DNA of 64,000 nucleotides from an uncultured Fibrobacteria bacterium (GTDB lineage Bacteria > Fibrobacterota > Fibrobacteria > UBA11236). Of this stretch, positions 10,431 through 19,722 are shown piece by piece. The stretch spans positions 3,520,001 to 3,584,000 of the forward strand of contig OY970309.1 of the NCBI GenBank assembly GCA_963716395.1, read 5' to 3'. Below the pieces are notes generated by a model. It was not told the DNA's origin, did no database searches, and saw only the letters and a list, made by a program, of their open reading frames with translations. The first letter of the stretch is position 1. Each line of letters starts with the position of its first letter. Position numbers and translations under genes: made by a program.

Positions 10431-10593
10431 TCAGGCGCACAGATGGATTCTTCTTGTCCCGCGAGTCCCGCAGGGCCGGAGGCCGATTTTATCCCACTTG
10501 GCTCCCAATGGACCGGATTACAAAAAGCCTTGCGCCCGGCTCCCGTCCGAGGAGAGCCTCAGCGAGCCAAGAACGCATTCGCGGTGGGCCTGA
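10431..10593 (-). ncRNA. Candidate structured non-coding RNA (6S-like rod)
   Basis: Nested complementary segments on the minus strand (tcaggcccac/gtgcgcctga, ccgcga/tcgcgg, gaggct/ggcctc, ccgg/ccgg) with G-U pairs favouring this strand; GGGAGCC precedes the terminal stem. Confidence 0.3.
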
Positions 10594-10653
10594 TCGCGTG
10601 CGCAGCCCACCGGGAAAAAGCGAAATGTGAACGGGTTTGTTAACTTCACCGCC

Positions 10654-11526
10654 ATGTCGATCACGGCCAAGCTGCAACAAGGGCCGACCTTGTCCTATGA
10701 ATTTTTTCCGCCCAAGAATCCGGCGGGCTGGGGTACCCTCTACGGTACTTTGGCCGAGACCTTACAGCAAGGGCCGGATTTCGTGTCGGTGACCTACGGC
10801 GCCGGCGGATCGACGCGCGTCAAAACCGTGGAATTGGTGGGCCGCATCCAGGGCGAACTCGGCATTGAAGCCATGGCGCATCTCACCTGCGTGGGCCACG
10901 CGCGCGACGAGTTGCACGCCGTGCTGGAGGCGCTGTGGCAAGCCGGCATCCGCCATGTGCTGGCCTTGCGGGGCGACCCGCCCCGCGGCGACACTGCTTT
11001 CAAGCCCCATCCCGAAGGCTTTGCGCATGCCACCGATTTGATTCGCTACATCAAAGATCATTTCGGCTTCACCGTAGGCTGCGCCTATTACCCGGAAAAG
11101 CACGTCGAGTCGAAAGACCTTGAAGTAGATCTTGCCACCCTCAAGCTGAAGCAGGATTGCGGCGCCGACTTCGCCATCAGCCAGCTTTTTTTCGACAACG
11201 ACAACTTCTTCCGCTTTCGCGAGCGGGCTCGGGCGCTCGGGGTCACCTTGCCGTTATTGGCCGGCATCATGCCGGTACTGGAAGTGGGACAATTGCAACG
11301 TTTCCGGCAATTGTCCGGCTGCACCATCCCCGGGAAGTTGGCGGACTTTCTGGGCCAGGGGTCCGACGTGGCGGATCGCGGCGTGGAGTACGCCGTACAA
11401 CAATGCCGCGAATTGCTGCATCAAGGCGTGGCGGGTCTGCATTTGTACTGTCTCAACCGCCACCAAAGCGTGGTGCGCATCACCAAAAACCTGCGCGACG
11501 TCGGGGCATTGCCCCGGCGCCCCTGA
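10654..11526 (+). CDS. metF: Methylenetetrahydrofolate reductase
   Basis: SYEFFPPK, FVSVTYGAGGS, AHLTC, LALRGDPP, ISQLFFD, HLYCLNR. Confidence 0.95.
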   Translation: MSITAKLQQGPTLSYEFFPPKNPAGWGTLYGTLAETLQQGPDFVSVTYGAGGSTRVKTVELVGRIQGELGIEAMAHLTCVGHARDELHAVLEALWQAGIRHVLALRGDPPRGDTAFKPHPEGFAHATDLIRYIKDHFGFTVGCAYYPEKHVESKDLEVDLATLKLKQDCGADFAISQLFFDNDNFFRFRERARALGVTLPLLAGIMPVLEVGQLQRFRQLSGCTIPGKLADFLGQGSDVADRGVEYAVQQCRELLHQGVAGLHLYCLNRHQSVVRITKNLRDVGALPRRP

Positions 11527-11545
11527 TACGGCGGGCCGCCCAGGC

Positions 11546-12757
11546 ATGGCGCCGCCTTTCCATTTTTCCGACCGCTGGCAAAACCGCGTCGCGCAACCCA
11601 ATGCCTTGACCCGAGCCGTCTCGGCCCGCCGTGCGACCGGTCGGAAAATTTTCGATCTCACGGCCACCAATCCCACCCGTTGCGGACTCGAACGCACCGA
11701 ATCCCGGCCGCAGGATCCGGATGACGCGTCTTGGTTTCATTATGATCCGGATGCGCGGGGTTTGCGGTGCGCACGCGAAGCCATCGCCGCCTATTACGCG
11801 GAGCGCGGGGAAAGTGTCGATCCCGACGCGATTTTCCTCACGGCCGGAACTTCGGAAGGCTACGGGTTTTTGTTCAAACTGCTGTGCGCGCCCGGCGACA
11901 CCGTGCTCGTTCCGCAGCCCTCCTATCCCCTGCTGCATGCGCTGGCCGAATTGGAAAACGTGAATCTGCTTCCCTACCGCTTGGTCCCCGAACGTACGGC
12001 CCCAGGCGAAGCGCGGCATTGGCGGCTGGACCGCGACGCCCTGTCGGTTCTGGCGGATTCCCGTCTGCGCGCGGTATGCGTGATCCAGCCCAATAATCCC
12101 ACCGGAGCCTTGCTCGCGCCCGACGACGCCGACTTTCTGCTTCGCTTTGCGGCCCAGCGTGGGTTGGCGCTGGTGGTTGACGAAGTGTTCGCCGATTTCA
12201 TCCACGCACCCTCGGTAACGACCCGGTTACTCCGGTCTTCCGAAACCCTGGTGTTCACCTTGAACGGTTTGTCGAAAACCCTGGGGTTGCCGCAACTCAA
12301 ATTGGCCTGGATTTGCGTCGAGGGAGAACCCCGGGCCAAGGCGCAGGCGCTGTCGCATCTGGAATGGATTTGCGACGCCTATCTGAGCGTGAACACGACC
12401 GCGCAATTGTGGACGCCGGCCTTGCTGGCCCGACGCGCCGCGTTACAGGCGCCGGTGCGCGCACGCCTGCGCGCGAATCTGGAAACATTGCGTCACTTGG
12501 CCGCTACCGCGGACGCAGTGATGCCGCTGTGGCCGCAAGGCGGCTGGTGCGTGCCTTTGCAATGCCCGGGCCTGGCCGATGACGAAGAGGGCGCTGTGTC
12601 GCTGCTGCGCGAACAAGGCGTGCTCGTGCACCCGGGCTATTTCTACGACTTCGAGGCCGAAGACGTTTTGGTGGCCAGCCTGTTGCCGCCGCCCGAGGTT
12701 TTTCAAACCGGAGTGCAGCGCCTGATCGATTTTTTCGCAACCCACGCCCATGTCTGA
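11546..12757 (+). CDS. PLP-dependent aminotransferase, class I/II
   Basis: QPNNPTG, VDEVF, PLP-lysine motif NGLSKTLGLPQLKLAW, VHPGYFYDF. Confidence 0.9.
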   Translation: MAPPFHFSDRWQNRVAQPNALTRAVSARRATGRKIFDLTATNPTRCGLERTESRPQDPDDASWFHYDPDARGLRCAREAIAAYYAERGESVDPDAIFLTAGTSEGYGFLFKLLCAPGDTVLVPQPSYPLLHALAELENVNLLPYRLVPERTAPGEARHWRLDRDALSVLADSRLRAVCVIQPNNPTGALLAPDDADFLLRFAAQRGLALVVDEVFADFIHAPSVTTRLLRSSETLVFTLNGLSKTLGLPQLKLAWICVEGEPRAKAQALSHLEWICDAYLSVNTTAQLWTPALLARRAALQAPVRARLRANLETLRHLAATADAVMPLWPQGGWCVPLQCPGLADDEEGAVSLLREQGVLVHPGYFYDFEAEDVLVASLLPPPEVFQTGVQRLIDFFATHAHV

Positions 12758-13625
12758 ACCCAAACCGGTCGGCGCCTCGGCCGATCCCGCCAAGGAAAAA
12801 GTGCGGCGGTATTATGAAGCCGCCACCTCGGACTATTTGCGCTATTACGAAACCGATTGGCATCACCACATGCATTACGGCTTTGACCGTGATCTCCCCA
12901 AGGGCGGCAATCCCACCGAACAGTTGGTGCGCTACGCGGCGCACATCGGTTCGGTGCAGGCCGGCGAACGCGCGCTCGACGTGGGCTGCGGCGTGGGCGG
13001 CACGGCGCTGTGGCTGGCCGAACATTGCGGAACGCGCAGCGTGGGACTCAACCTCATGGAGTTCCAGTTACGGTTGGCGCGCGGTTATGCCACCCGAAAA
13101 AATCCGCCCCTCTCGGTCGCCTTTGCGGCCGGCGACTTCATGCATCCGCCCTTTGCCGCCGCGTCGTTCGACGTCATCATCGCCATCGAAAGCTTCGACC
13201 ATGCCCCGGACAAACGCGCCTTTGTGCGGGCCATGTCATCTCTTTTGCGACCGAATGGCCGCCTCATTCTCGTCGACGGATTCCGCGCCGCCCGCGCCTT
13301 TACCGCCGCCGAAAACCGCGACTACGCGCGCTTTCTGGCCGGCTGGGCCGTGCCGCACCTGTGCAACATGGAAGAAGTACGCGCCTGGGCCGCCGAAGCC
13401 GGACTGGCGGAAACCCACGGCGAGGATATCACGGCCGACGTCTTGCCGCATGCGCGTGCCATTTATCGCTTCGCCTTCGTCTTCGTTCCGCTCCGCCGGT
13501 TGCTGCTGGCCTTGCGTCTCACGCGCCGCGAAAAACTCGGCAATGCCGCGGCCACCTATCATCAGTACCGCACCCTGAAGTCCGGACTGTGGCACTACGC
13601 GGTGTTTTGTTTCCGCAAGCCGTGA
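12750..13625 (+). CDS. SAM-dependent methyltransferase (tocopherol/sterol methyltransferase-like)
   Basis: HMHYGF, LDVGCGVGG, FDVIIAIES..HAPDK; overlaps the aminotransferase stop. Confidence 0.85.
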   Translation: MSEPKPVGASADPAKEKVRRYYEAATSDYLRYYETDWHHHMHYGFDRDLPKGGNPTEQLVRYAAHIGSVQAGERALDVGCGVGGTALWLAEHCGTRSVGLNLMEFQLRLARGYATRKNPPLSVAFAAGDFMHPPFAAASFDVIIAIESFDHAPDKRAFVRAMSSLLRPNGRLILVDGFRAARAFTAAENRDYARFLAGWAVPHLCNMEEVRAWAAEAGLAETHGEDITADVLPHARAIYRFAFVFVPLRRLLLALRLTRREKLGNAAATYHQYRTLKSGLWHYAVFCFRKP

Positions 13626-13633
13626 GGCAAAAA

Positions 13634-13830
13634 GCGCGGGGGTTCGACACCCCTGGACAGGCTCGGGGACCAGGCTCACCCACCGCGCTCTGGGCTTGTC
13701 GAAAGGCACCCACCGCGCTCTGGGCTTGTCGAAAGGCACCCACCGCGCTCCGAATTGTCAAGGGACGTCGAAGGTTATCCACGGACTCCATTTCGGCCGG
13801 TGAGCTTGTCGAACCGGTCGAGGGACGTCG
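13634..13830. repeat. REP-like composite repeat, copy 1, including a 30-bp tandem repeat
   Basis: caccgcgctctgggcttgtcgaaaggcacc at 13681-13710 and 13711-13740 plus a partial third copy; core ggtgagcttgtcgaacc at 13799-13815. Confidence 0.8.
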
Positions 13831-13908
13831 AAGAGCCGGTAAGAGAGCCTAACCCAGACCAGCGACTTCTTAGCCGGTCAAAGCCAGAGGGGATTTTTTC
13901 AACCCTCT

Positions 13909-14325
13909 CTAAGCCACCGACTTGACTTGCAGTCCCGATTTTCTGGCCGCGGAGATTTGTCGCCCGTCGCTGGAAACGAACAGATCCGCCTTCCATTCCA
14001 GCGCCGCGGCGATGTGAAACCCGTCCATGGCACGCAGCACATTCTCCTCCAGCAAGAGCACGCATTGATCCACGCCGGTTTCGGTGATATTGCAAATCGA
14101 AGCGTCGCTCAAATCCTCGATCAGGGCGTGCTTGGCCCGTACGTATTCGGGGCCAGCGAGCTTCTTTTCACGCCGCAGCCGCGACAAGGCCGAAATGATT
14201 TCCGGAAAGCAGATCACCGACAGACCCAGCTCCGTGGCTTGACCGCACAGCCGCAACACCTCTTCGCTGCCTTTTTCCTCAACATAACGCTTCACCAAAG
14301 AGGACGGGTCGAAAAAAATCCTCAC
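13909..14325 (-). CDS. vapC: PIN-domain toxin (VapC family)
   Basis: VRIFFDPSSLVKRY.EE.GS, EIISALSRL.RE, LRAMDGFHIAAA, FVSSD.RQ..AA; GTG start overlaps the antitoxin stop (GTGA). Confidence 0.88.
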   Translation of the reverse strand: MRIFFDPSSLVKRYVEEKGSEEVLRLCGQATELGLSVICFPEIISALSRLRREKKLAGPEYVRAKHALIEDLSDASICNITETGVDQCVLLLEENVLRAMDGFHIAAALEWKADLFVSSDGRQISAARKSGLQVKSVA

Positions 14326-14552
14326 CGCAGGGCTTCCCGCCGGTTGCGCAAAATGGTTTTCGAGAGCGAAGCACCGTGCAGGGAAATGCGCGGCGGAGCC
14401 TGCTTCCACGACGGCGTATGCTCGCGGACTACCGAAGACAAATCGGCGACGGGTTTGCCGTAGCGGAAAATGCGCACGGTTTCGCCTTTTTCGACTTGGT
14501 TGAGAAACTCGGCCGCATGCTTGCGGAATTCGGAAAAATTGGTGTGTTTCAT
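14322..14552 (-). CDS. Phd/YefM-family antitoxin
   Basis: NFSEFRKHAAEFLNQVEKGETVRIFRYGKPVADL is a typical Phd fold; lies directly upstream of the PIN toxin. Confidence 0.88.
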   Translation of the reverse strand: MKHTNFSEFRKHAAEFLNQVEKGETVRIFRYGKPVADLSSVVREHTPSWKQAPPRISLHGASLSKTILRNRREALR

Positions 14553-14565
14553 GAGTTCTCCGGGA

Positions 14566-14614
14566 CGTACATCAAGATGTACATTATTGTACAAATTGGC
14601 TTCGGCACCGTCAA
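14566..14614 (-). promoter_or_regulatory. Sigma70 promoter and TGTACA operator of the TA operon
   Basis: Minus strand TTGACG (14614-14609), 17-bp spacer, TACAAT (14591-14586); TGTACA at 14578-14583 and 14588-14593 and CGTACA at 14566-14571. Confidence 0.75.
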
Positions 14615-14639
14615 AATATTTCCCACACTCCGCCGAAAC

Positions 14640-14800
14640 GCGGGGGTTCGACGGGCTCACCCACCGCGCCCTGAGCTAGTCAAAGAGCACCCGCCGGCCC
14701 TTTATCGGCCGGTGAGCTTGGTTCCCGAGCCTGCCGAGGGATGTCGAACCGGTCGAGGGATGCCGAAGGGCACCCGCCGCGCCCTGAGCCCGCCGCAGGG
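14640..14800. repeat. REP-like composite repeat, copy 2
   Basis: ggttcgacgggctcacc at 14645-14661; 14711-14750 is a 35/40 inverted match to 13641-13680; same block order as copy 1. Confidence 0.75.
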
Positions 14801-14832
14801 CCGGCAAGAGAGCGCAACACAGGCCGGCAACT

Positions 14833-15207
14833 TTAAGAAGGTTCGGTGAGCGAGAGCACATTGCCGTCCGGGTCTTTGAACCACGCGACTTTGGCGCCGC
14901 CGGGCGCGGTCCAAATTCCCTGCTCATCCTGCTCCAGACCCGGGAAACGCGCGAACTCGACTCCGAATTCGCCCAGAACCTTGGCTTCTTCGCGGATATT
15001 CTCCACCTCCCAGCCGAGGACGGTGAACGGTGCCGGCGCCAGGGCATCGACCTCCGTTACGCGCAGGGTACCCTCGCGCAGGGCGAAAACGACGGCGAAA
15101 CGGTCTGCGGAAAGCAAGGGCAAGCGCAGCACATCGCGATAAAACGCCTTGGCCTCGGCGGGCCGCACCGTGGCGATGAACGAAACCGTCTTGCCGTTCT
15201 TCAGCAT
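14833..15207 (-). CDS. VOC/glyoxalase family protein
   Basis: AKAFYRDVL.L, FTVLGWEV, KVAWFKDPDGNVLSL; GGAGGAG RBS. Confidence 0.9.
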   Translation of the reverse strand: MLKNGKTVSFIATVRPAEAKAFYRDVLRLPLLSADRFAVVFALREGTLRVTEVDALAPAPFTVLGWEVENIREEAKVLGEFGVEFARFPGLEQDEQGIWTAPGGAKVAWFKDPDGNVLSLTEPS

Positions 15208-15273
15208 GACTCCTCCCTGCCGTTCCGAAGCGAAAAAGGAATGGGGTTCCCGGGCCGGAATGCGACGATCATT

Positions 15274-16410
15274 TTAATTCGGGTCGAACAAACTCATCTG
15301 GCCCGACACAGCGCCGGCGCGCGCTTTTTGCGTCTGCGGAGAGGGCGAGGCCGCCGTTACCCCGGCGGGAAGCGCAGCGGACCTTGGCGTCGGAACCGCC
15401 GGATGCTCCGGCACGATTCCCAGCATACGCTCGCCCGCGTTCAAGCCGTTGCGGCGCACGTGCAGTTGAAACAAATCTTCGATGAGGTCGGCCATTTTGC
15501 CCCGACCGCGCATGCGCGTTCCGAATCCGCTTTGGTTCAACCCACCTTGGCGCGTGGCGCGAATATGATGTTCGACCTTGTGCGCCCGCTCGGGAAATAA
15601 TTTGCGGAGTCGTTCGAGGAACACGCCTTCGACCGCGCCGGGCAAACGCAGCAGCACGTAAAAGGCGAACGATGCGCCGCATTCTTTGGCGCGCCGCAAG
15701 AGATCGGGAATGGCGCTGTCATTCCACCCCGGCACCACGGGGCTGATGGAAATACCGGTGCGCACGCCGGCGGCCGCCAGTTTTTCCAGGGCGCGGAAAC
15801 GCGCTTCGGGCGGTGACGCGAACGGTTCGATGACCCGTGCTTCTTCGGCGTCGGGAAAGGGAATCGAAAGCACGACATTCGCACCCGGCCCTTGCGCCAA
15901 GGCGGTCAGAAGATCGAGATCACGCAGCACCAAGGCGGATTTAGTGACGATGCCGACCGGCGTGCGAAAACGCAGGCAAGCTGCGAGACAGCGTCGCGTC
16001 AGGCCCAGGGCGCGTTCGACCGGCTGGTAGCAGTCGGTGACGCCGCTGAAGGCCAACGGCTCGTGCCGCCACGCGGGCTTGGCCAATTCCCCGGCCAAAA
16101 GTTCCGGGGCATTGACCTTGGCCACGATGCGCGTTTCAAAATCGGTGCCGGCCCCGAAGCCCAGGTATTCGTGGTACGGCCGCGCATAACAATACGCGCA
16201 GGCATGCGCGCAACCGCGATAGGGGTTGACCGAATGGCGAAAGGGCAGATCCGGGCTGTCGTTGCGCGACAGAATGCTGCGCGCGGTTTCCCGGTACACA
16301 TGCATTGCCTGCGGACGTTCGACGTCCTCTTCCCATTCCACATCCAGGGATTCAAAGCGGTTTTGGGGGTTGTCCGCCTGACGGCGGTAAAAGCCGCCCA
16401 TCGGGTTCAA
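15274..16410 (-). CDS. Radical SAM protein (PA0069/Rv2578c family)
   Basis: SVNPYRGCAHACAYCYARP (CxxxCxxC), DFETRI, TDCYQPVE, C-terminal QMSLF. Confidence 0.9.
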   Translation of the reverse strand: MNPMGGFYRRQADNPQNRFESLDVEWEEDVERPQAMHVYRETARSILSRNDSPDLPFRHSVNPYRGCAHACAYCYARPYHEYLGFGAGTDFETRIVAKVNAPELLAGELAKPAWRHEPLAFSGVTDCYQPVERALGLTRRCLAACLRFRTPVGIVTKSALVLRDLDLLTALAQGPGANVVLSIPFPDAEEARVIEPFASPPEARFRALEKLAAAGVRTGISISPVVPGWNDSAIPDLLRRAKECGASFAFYVLLRLPGAVEGVFLERLRKLFPERAHKVEHHIRATRQGGLNQSGFGTRMRGRGKMADLIEDLFQLHVRRNGLNAGERMLGIVPEHPAVPTPRSAALPAGVTAASPSPQTQKARAGAVSGQMSLFDPN

Positions 16411-17024
16411 CCCGGGGCGGCGGAGGAAAATTTCAAATCGAGGTAGTCGAGGTCGCAGGCGTCACCCGGCATCCAATGCGCGTCGCGATCCCACCATTTG
16501 ACGTTACAGCCGATGGCGTCGGTTTGCGCCCGCCGCGGCGGACGGCCGGCCAGCATGTCGTCGACGGCATCCTGTAACTCGTGGGTGATGGCTTGGGAGG
16601 CATCGCGCGGCGAATTGTCCATGCGGCCGGAATAAACCAGCCGATCCGCGGCGTTGAATAAAAAGTAATGGGGCGTGCGCTGCGCTCCGTAGGCGCGGGC
16701 CACGCGCTGGGTTTCGTCGTGCAGCGACAGCCAGCGGAACCCCTTGACGCGCATGCGATCCAATACGCGCGGAAAGGCGTCGTCGGGATGATCCTTGGTT
16801 TCATTGGAGTGGACGGCGATCATGGCGATGCCCTGCGGTGCCACCTGGTCGTAAAAGGCCAGCATGCGGTCCTCGCTGCCGACCACATAGGGGCAATGAT
16901 TGCAGGTGAAAAAAATCAAGGTGCCGCGCGGGCCGCGCAGACCGGCAAAAGTATGCGTGCGTCCGTCGCTGCCGGGCAATTCAAAATCCGGCGCGGTGCT
17001 GCCGGTGGGAAGAACCAAGTCCAT
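16407..17024 (-). CDS. Thioredoxin-fold redoxin (AhpC/TSA-like)
   Basis: APDFELP, CNHCPYV, DETQRVARAYGA.RTP, YSGRMD, AIGCNVKW. Confidence 0.9.
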   Translation of the reverse strand: MDLVLPTGSTAPDFELPGSDGRTHTFAGLRGPRGTLIFFTCNHCPYVVGSEDRMLAFYDQVAPQGIAMIAVHSNETKDHPDDAFPRVLDRMRVKGFRWLSLHDETQRVARAYGAQRTPHYFLFNAADRLVYSGRMDNSPRDASQAITHELQDAVDDMLAGRPPRRAQTDAIGCNVKWWDRDAHWMPGDACDLDYLDLKFSSAAPG

Positions 17025-17131
17025 AGGCTTTCTAAAATAGTCGATCCGCCCGGATCGAGCCACACGCAGAATTTACCGGTTCTGCCGCAAATTCGAAAAT
17101 TCGGGATAGCGGAGGAACATCACGACAAATT

Positions 17132-18202
17132 TCAACTATTTCCGGAATGTGGGTTCGGCCGGGACGGGGAAATACCGATAATGCCGCGTAGGGTGGATAA
17201 AAACCCGGCGGCCCAGCGCCGCGCCTTATCCTTTCCTTGGGTCAGCACCGCATCAATTTCGGCCGGGTCCGCCATCCAGCGCACATATTCGGCGCGCGGC
17301 CCCTTCAGTTTCGCGTCCAGCGCCTCGAACAAAAGCTGCTTGGCGGCGCCCCAGCCCAGGCCTCCGGCCTGGTAACGCGCACGTAACTCCTGCTCGCCGG
17401 TTGCGTCCAGCAACAGCCGGTGCAAAGCGAAGACATGGCTTTGGTCGGGGTCTTTGGGCTCGGCGGGCGACTGGGAATTGGTCACGATCTGGTTTACCCG
17501 CTTTTGCAGGGCTTTCGCGTCGAGAAACAGCGGAATGGTATTGTCGTAGCTTTTGCTCATCTTGCGCCCGTCCAGCCCCACCACGGTGTGCAGCATGGGA
17601 TCGATGCGCGGCTCGGGCACATGGAATGCCGCGATTCCGTAGTTGCGGTTGAAGCGCTCGGCGATATCGCGCGCGAATTCGACGTGCTGCTTCTGATCCG
17701 CGCCCACGGGCACCACATCGGCGTTGAACATGAGAATGTCGGCGGCCATGAGCACGGGGTATTCGAATAATCCCATGTTGACGCCGTCGTCCGCATCGTT
17801 GCCTTCGGCGGCATTTTTGGCCACCGCGTCCTTGTAGGCATGCGCACGGTTCATGAATCCCTTGGGGGTGAAACAGGCCAGAATCCAGGCCAGCTCAAAA
17901 ATCTCAGGAATGTCCGATTGCCGGTAAAAACAGGATTGCTCCGGATTCAGCCCGAAAGCCAAATAGGCGGCCGCAATGCTGCGGCTATAGTGTTGCATGG
18001 CTTGGGATTCATGCACCGAGGTCAGGGCATGATAATCGGCGATGAAGTAAAAGGTCTCGTAGTCACGGGCCAAAGCCAAGGCCGGGGCGATGGCGCCGAA
18101 CCAGTTGCCGAGATGGGGATCGCCGGTGGGCTTGATGCCCGTCAAGGCGCGCGCAGATTTGCCTTTTTCCATGCCATGGTCCCAATCGGGCGAGATCGCC
18201 AT
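17132..18202 (-). CDS. trpS: Tryptophan--tRNA ligase
   Basis: TGIKPTGDPHLGN (HIGH-like), YPVLMAADIL, VPVGADQKQH, KMSKS; alternative start 18172. Confidence 0.96.
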   Translation of the reverse strand: MAISPDWDHGMEKGKSARALTGIKPTGDPHLGNWFGAIAPALALARDYETFYFIADYHALTSVHESQAMQHYSRSIAAAYLAFGLNPEQSCFYRQSDIPEIFELAWILACFTPKGFMNRAHAYKDAVAKNAAEGNDADDGVNMGLFEYPVLMAADILMFNADVVPVGADQKQHVEFARDIAERFNRNYGIAAFHVPEPRIDPMLHTVVGLDGRKMSKSYDNTIPLFLDAKALQKRVNQIVTNSQSPAEPKDPDQSHVFALHRLLLDATGEQELRARYQAGGLGWGAAKQLLFEALDAKLKGPRAEYVRWMADPAEIDAVLTQGKDKARRWAAGFLSTLRGIIGISPSRPNPHSGNS

Positions 18203-18286
18203 CGGGTTCGATCCCGGAAGCGGTGAAGATAAATACTCCCGTTGTATTTGTACTTTCAAAGCTCTTTTTCCAACGGGTTTTATCGC

Positions 18287-19444
18287 ATGCAGCGCGAAGA
18301 ATGGCCCACGAATTATCCGTGGGAATGGATCGATACTGCGGCTACCCTGGCGCGCGTCGTCTCCGCCGTAAAGGCCGCCGAGTGCGTCTACCTCGACCTC
18401 GAAGCCGACAGCATGCACCATTACTACGCCAAAATTTGTTTGATGCAAATCCTGGCGCAAGGCGTCTGCTATCTCGTCGATCCCCTGGCTCTTGACCCCA
18501 AACCGCTTGTGGCCGAATTGGCGCGCAAGCCGCTGGTGCTGCACGGCGCTGATTACGACCTGCGCATGCTGTACCAGCAATACGACTTCCGACCGTACCA
18601 GGTGTTCGACACCATGCTGGCGGCGCAGCTCCTGGGCCGCACCTCGTTCGGGTTAGCGGCGCTGGTGCAGGAACATTTCGGCGTCACCTTGCCCAAAGAA
18701 GCGCAAAAGGCCGATTGGTCCATGCGCCCGTTGCCCGGCCCACTGCTCGCCTACGCGGCCCAAGACACCTTTTTCCTGCCCACCTTGCACGACCGTTTGG
18801 CGCAGGAACTCGCGGCGATGGGCCGCACTACCTGGCATGCCGAAACCTGCGAGCAATTGGTGAAGTCCACGAAAAAAACCCGTGTCGGCGACCCCGACGC
18901 CGTGTGGCGCATTACGGGATCGCATCGCCTGTATCCGCGACAACTGGCCGTGCTGAAAGTTTTGTGGGAGGCTCGCGAACAGGCGGCGCAAGCTGCGGAT
19001 TTGCCGCCGTTCAAAATCCTTCCCTCCGAAATCATTCTGCGCTTCGCCGCCGGCGTAGGTAAAGAAGGCATGCCGGAGCATATCCCCAAGCTTCCCTCGC
19101 GCCTGACCGAGGATACCCGGGCGCACTTGCTCTCCGCGTATGACCGGGCCCTGCGTCTCACCCCGGAGCATTGGCCGTCTCCCCGCATCCCCGTCAAGCC
19201 GCAAACCCGGGCGCCCCACCCCGATCTGCTGGCCGGCCTGCGCGCCGCACGCGATCGCGTGGCCGCCGAGTTGAAACTCGACCCATCCTTGCTGGCACCG
19301 CGCGCCACCTTGATGTCCGTCGCCCTGACCGGACTTCCCTCCGAAGCAGCCGTCCACGCGGCGGCGCAATGGATGCCATGGCAGGAAAACCTTTTGCTGG
19401 GGCCCTGGATGGAAATCGCCCAACCCTTCCAAAAACGGGGTTAA
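18287..19444 (+). CDS. rnd: Ribonuclease D family exonuclease with HRDC domain
   Basis: DLEADS, HGADYD, FDTMLAAQLLG, DWSMRPL, YAAQD. Confidence 0.88.
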   Translation: MQREEWPTNYPWEWIDTAATLARVVSAVKAAECVYLDLEADSMHHYYAKICLMQILAQGVCYLVDPLALDPKPLVAELARKPLVLHGADYDLRMLYQQYDFRPYQVFDTMLAAQLLGRTSFGLAALVQEHFGVTLPKEAQKADWSMRPLPGPLLAYAAQDTFFLPTLHDRLAQELAAMGRTTWHAETCEQLVKSTKKTRVGDPDAVWRITGSHRLYPRQLAVLKVLWEAREQAAQAADLPPFKILPSEIILRFAAGVGKEGMPEHIPKLPSRLTEDTRAHLLSAYDRALRLTPEHWPSPRIPVKPQTRAPHPDLLAGLRAARDRVAAELKLDPSLLAPRATLMSVALTGLPSEAAVHAAAQWMPWQENLLLGPWMEIAQPFQKRG

Positions 19445-19482
19445 CGCGATTTCTATATTGGATTTTTCTGCGGAGGTTGCGC

Positions 19483-19701
19483 ATGCGTGGTATTTTGGAA
19501 CCCGGGCATTTGGTCATCATTCTTCTCATTGTGCTGTTGCTTTTCGGCGGCAAAAGAATACCCGAAATCGCCCGCGGATTGGGCAAAGGGATTCGTGAAT
19601 TCAAGGACGGCATGAACAACAATGGTTCACCCGAACCCAGCGACGCCTCCAAGGCCTTGAAAAAACCCGAAACCCCTGAAAGTCCGGCTTCCAAATCCTG
19701 A
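19483..19701 (+). CDS. tatA: Twin-arginine translocase subunit TatA/E
   Basis: LLLFGGKRIPEIARGLGKGIREFK; GGAGG RBS. Confidence 0.95.
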   Translation: MRGILEPGHLVIILLIVLLLFGGKRIPEIARGLGKGIREFKDGMNNNGSPEPSDASKALKKPETPESPASKS

Positions 19702-19722
19702 CGCGGAGCGGCTGTTTCTCCC

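Noticed and set aside
10465-10490. SRP RNA helix 8 (cagggccggaggc)
   Set aside because: The AGCAG element and GNRA tetraloop do not match
10540-10650. SAH or SAM riboswitch upstream of metF (ccgaggag...)
   Set aside because: Lacks the CAGGCUCGG and downstream GGCGCUC elements of SAH and the core of SAM-I; metF has a -10 element just before its ATG
13681-13750. 30-bp repeats as a CRISPR array
   Set aside because: Copies are directly adjacent with no spacers, there are fewer than three units, no cas genes, and they share the REP-like core
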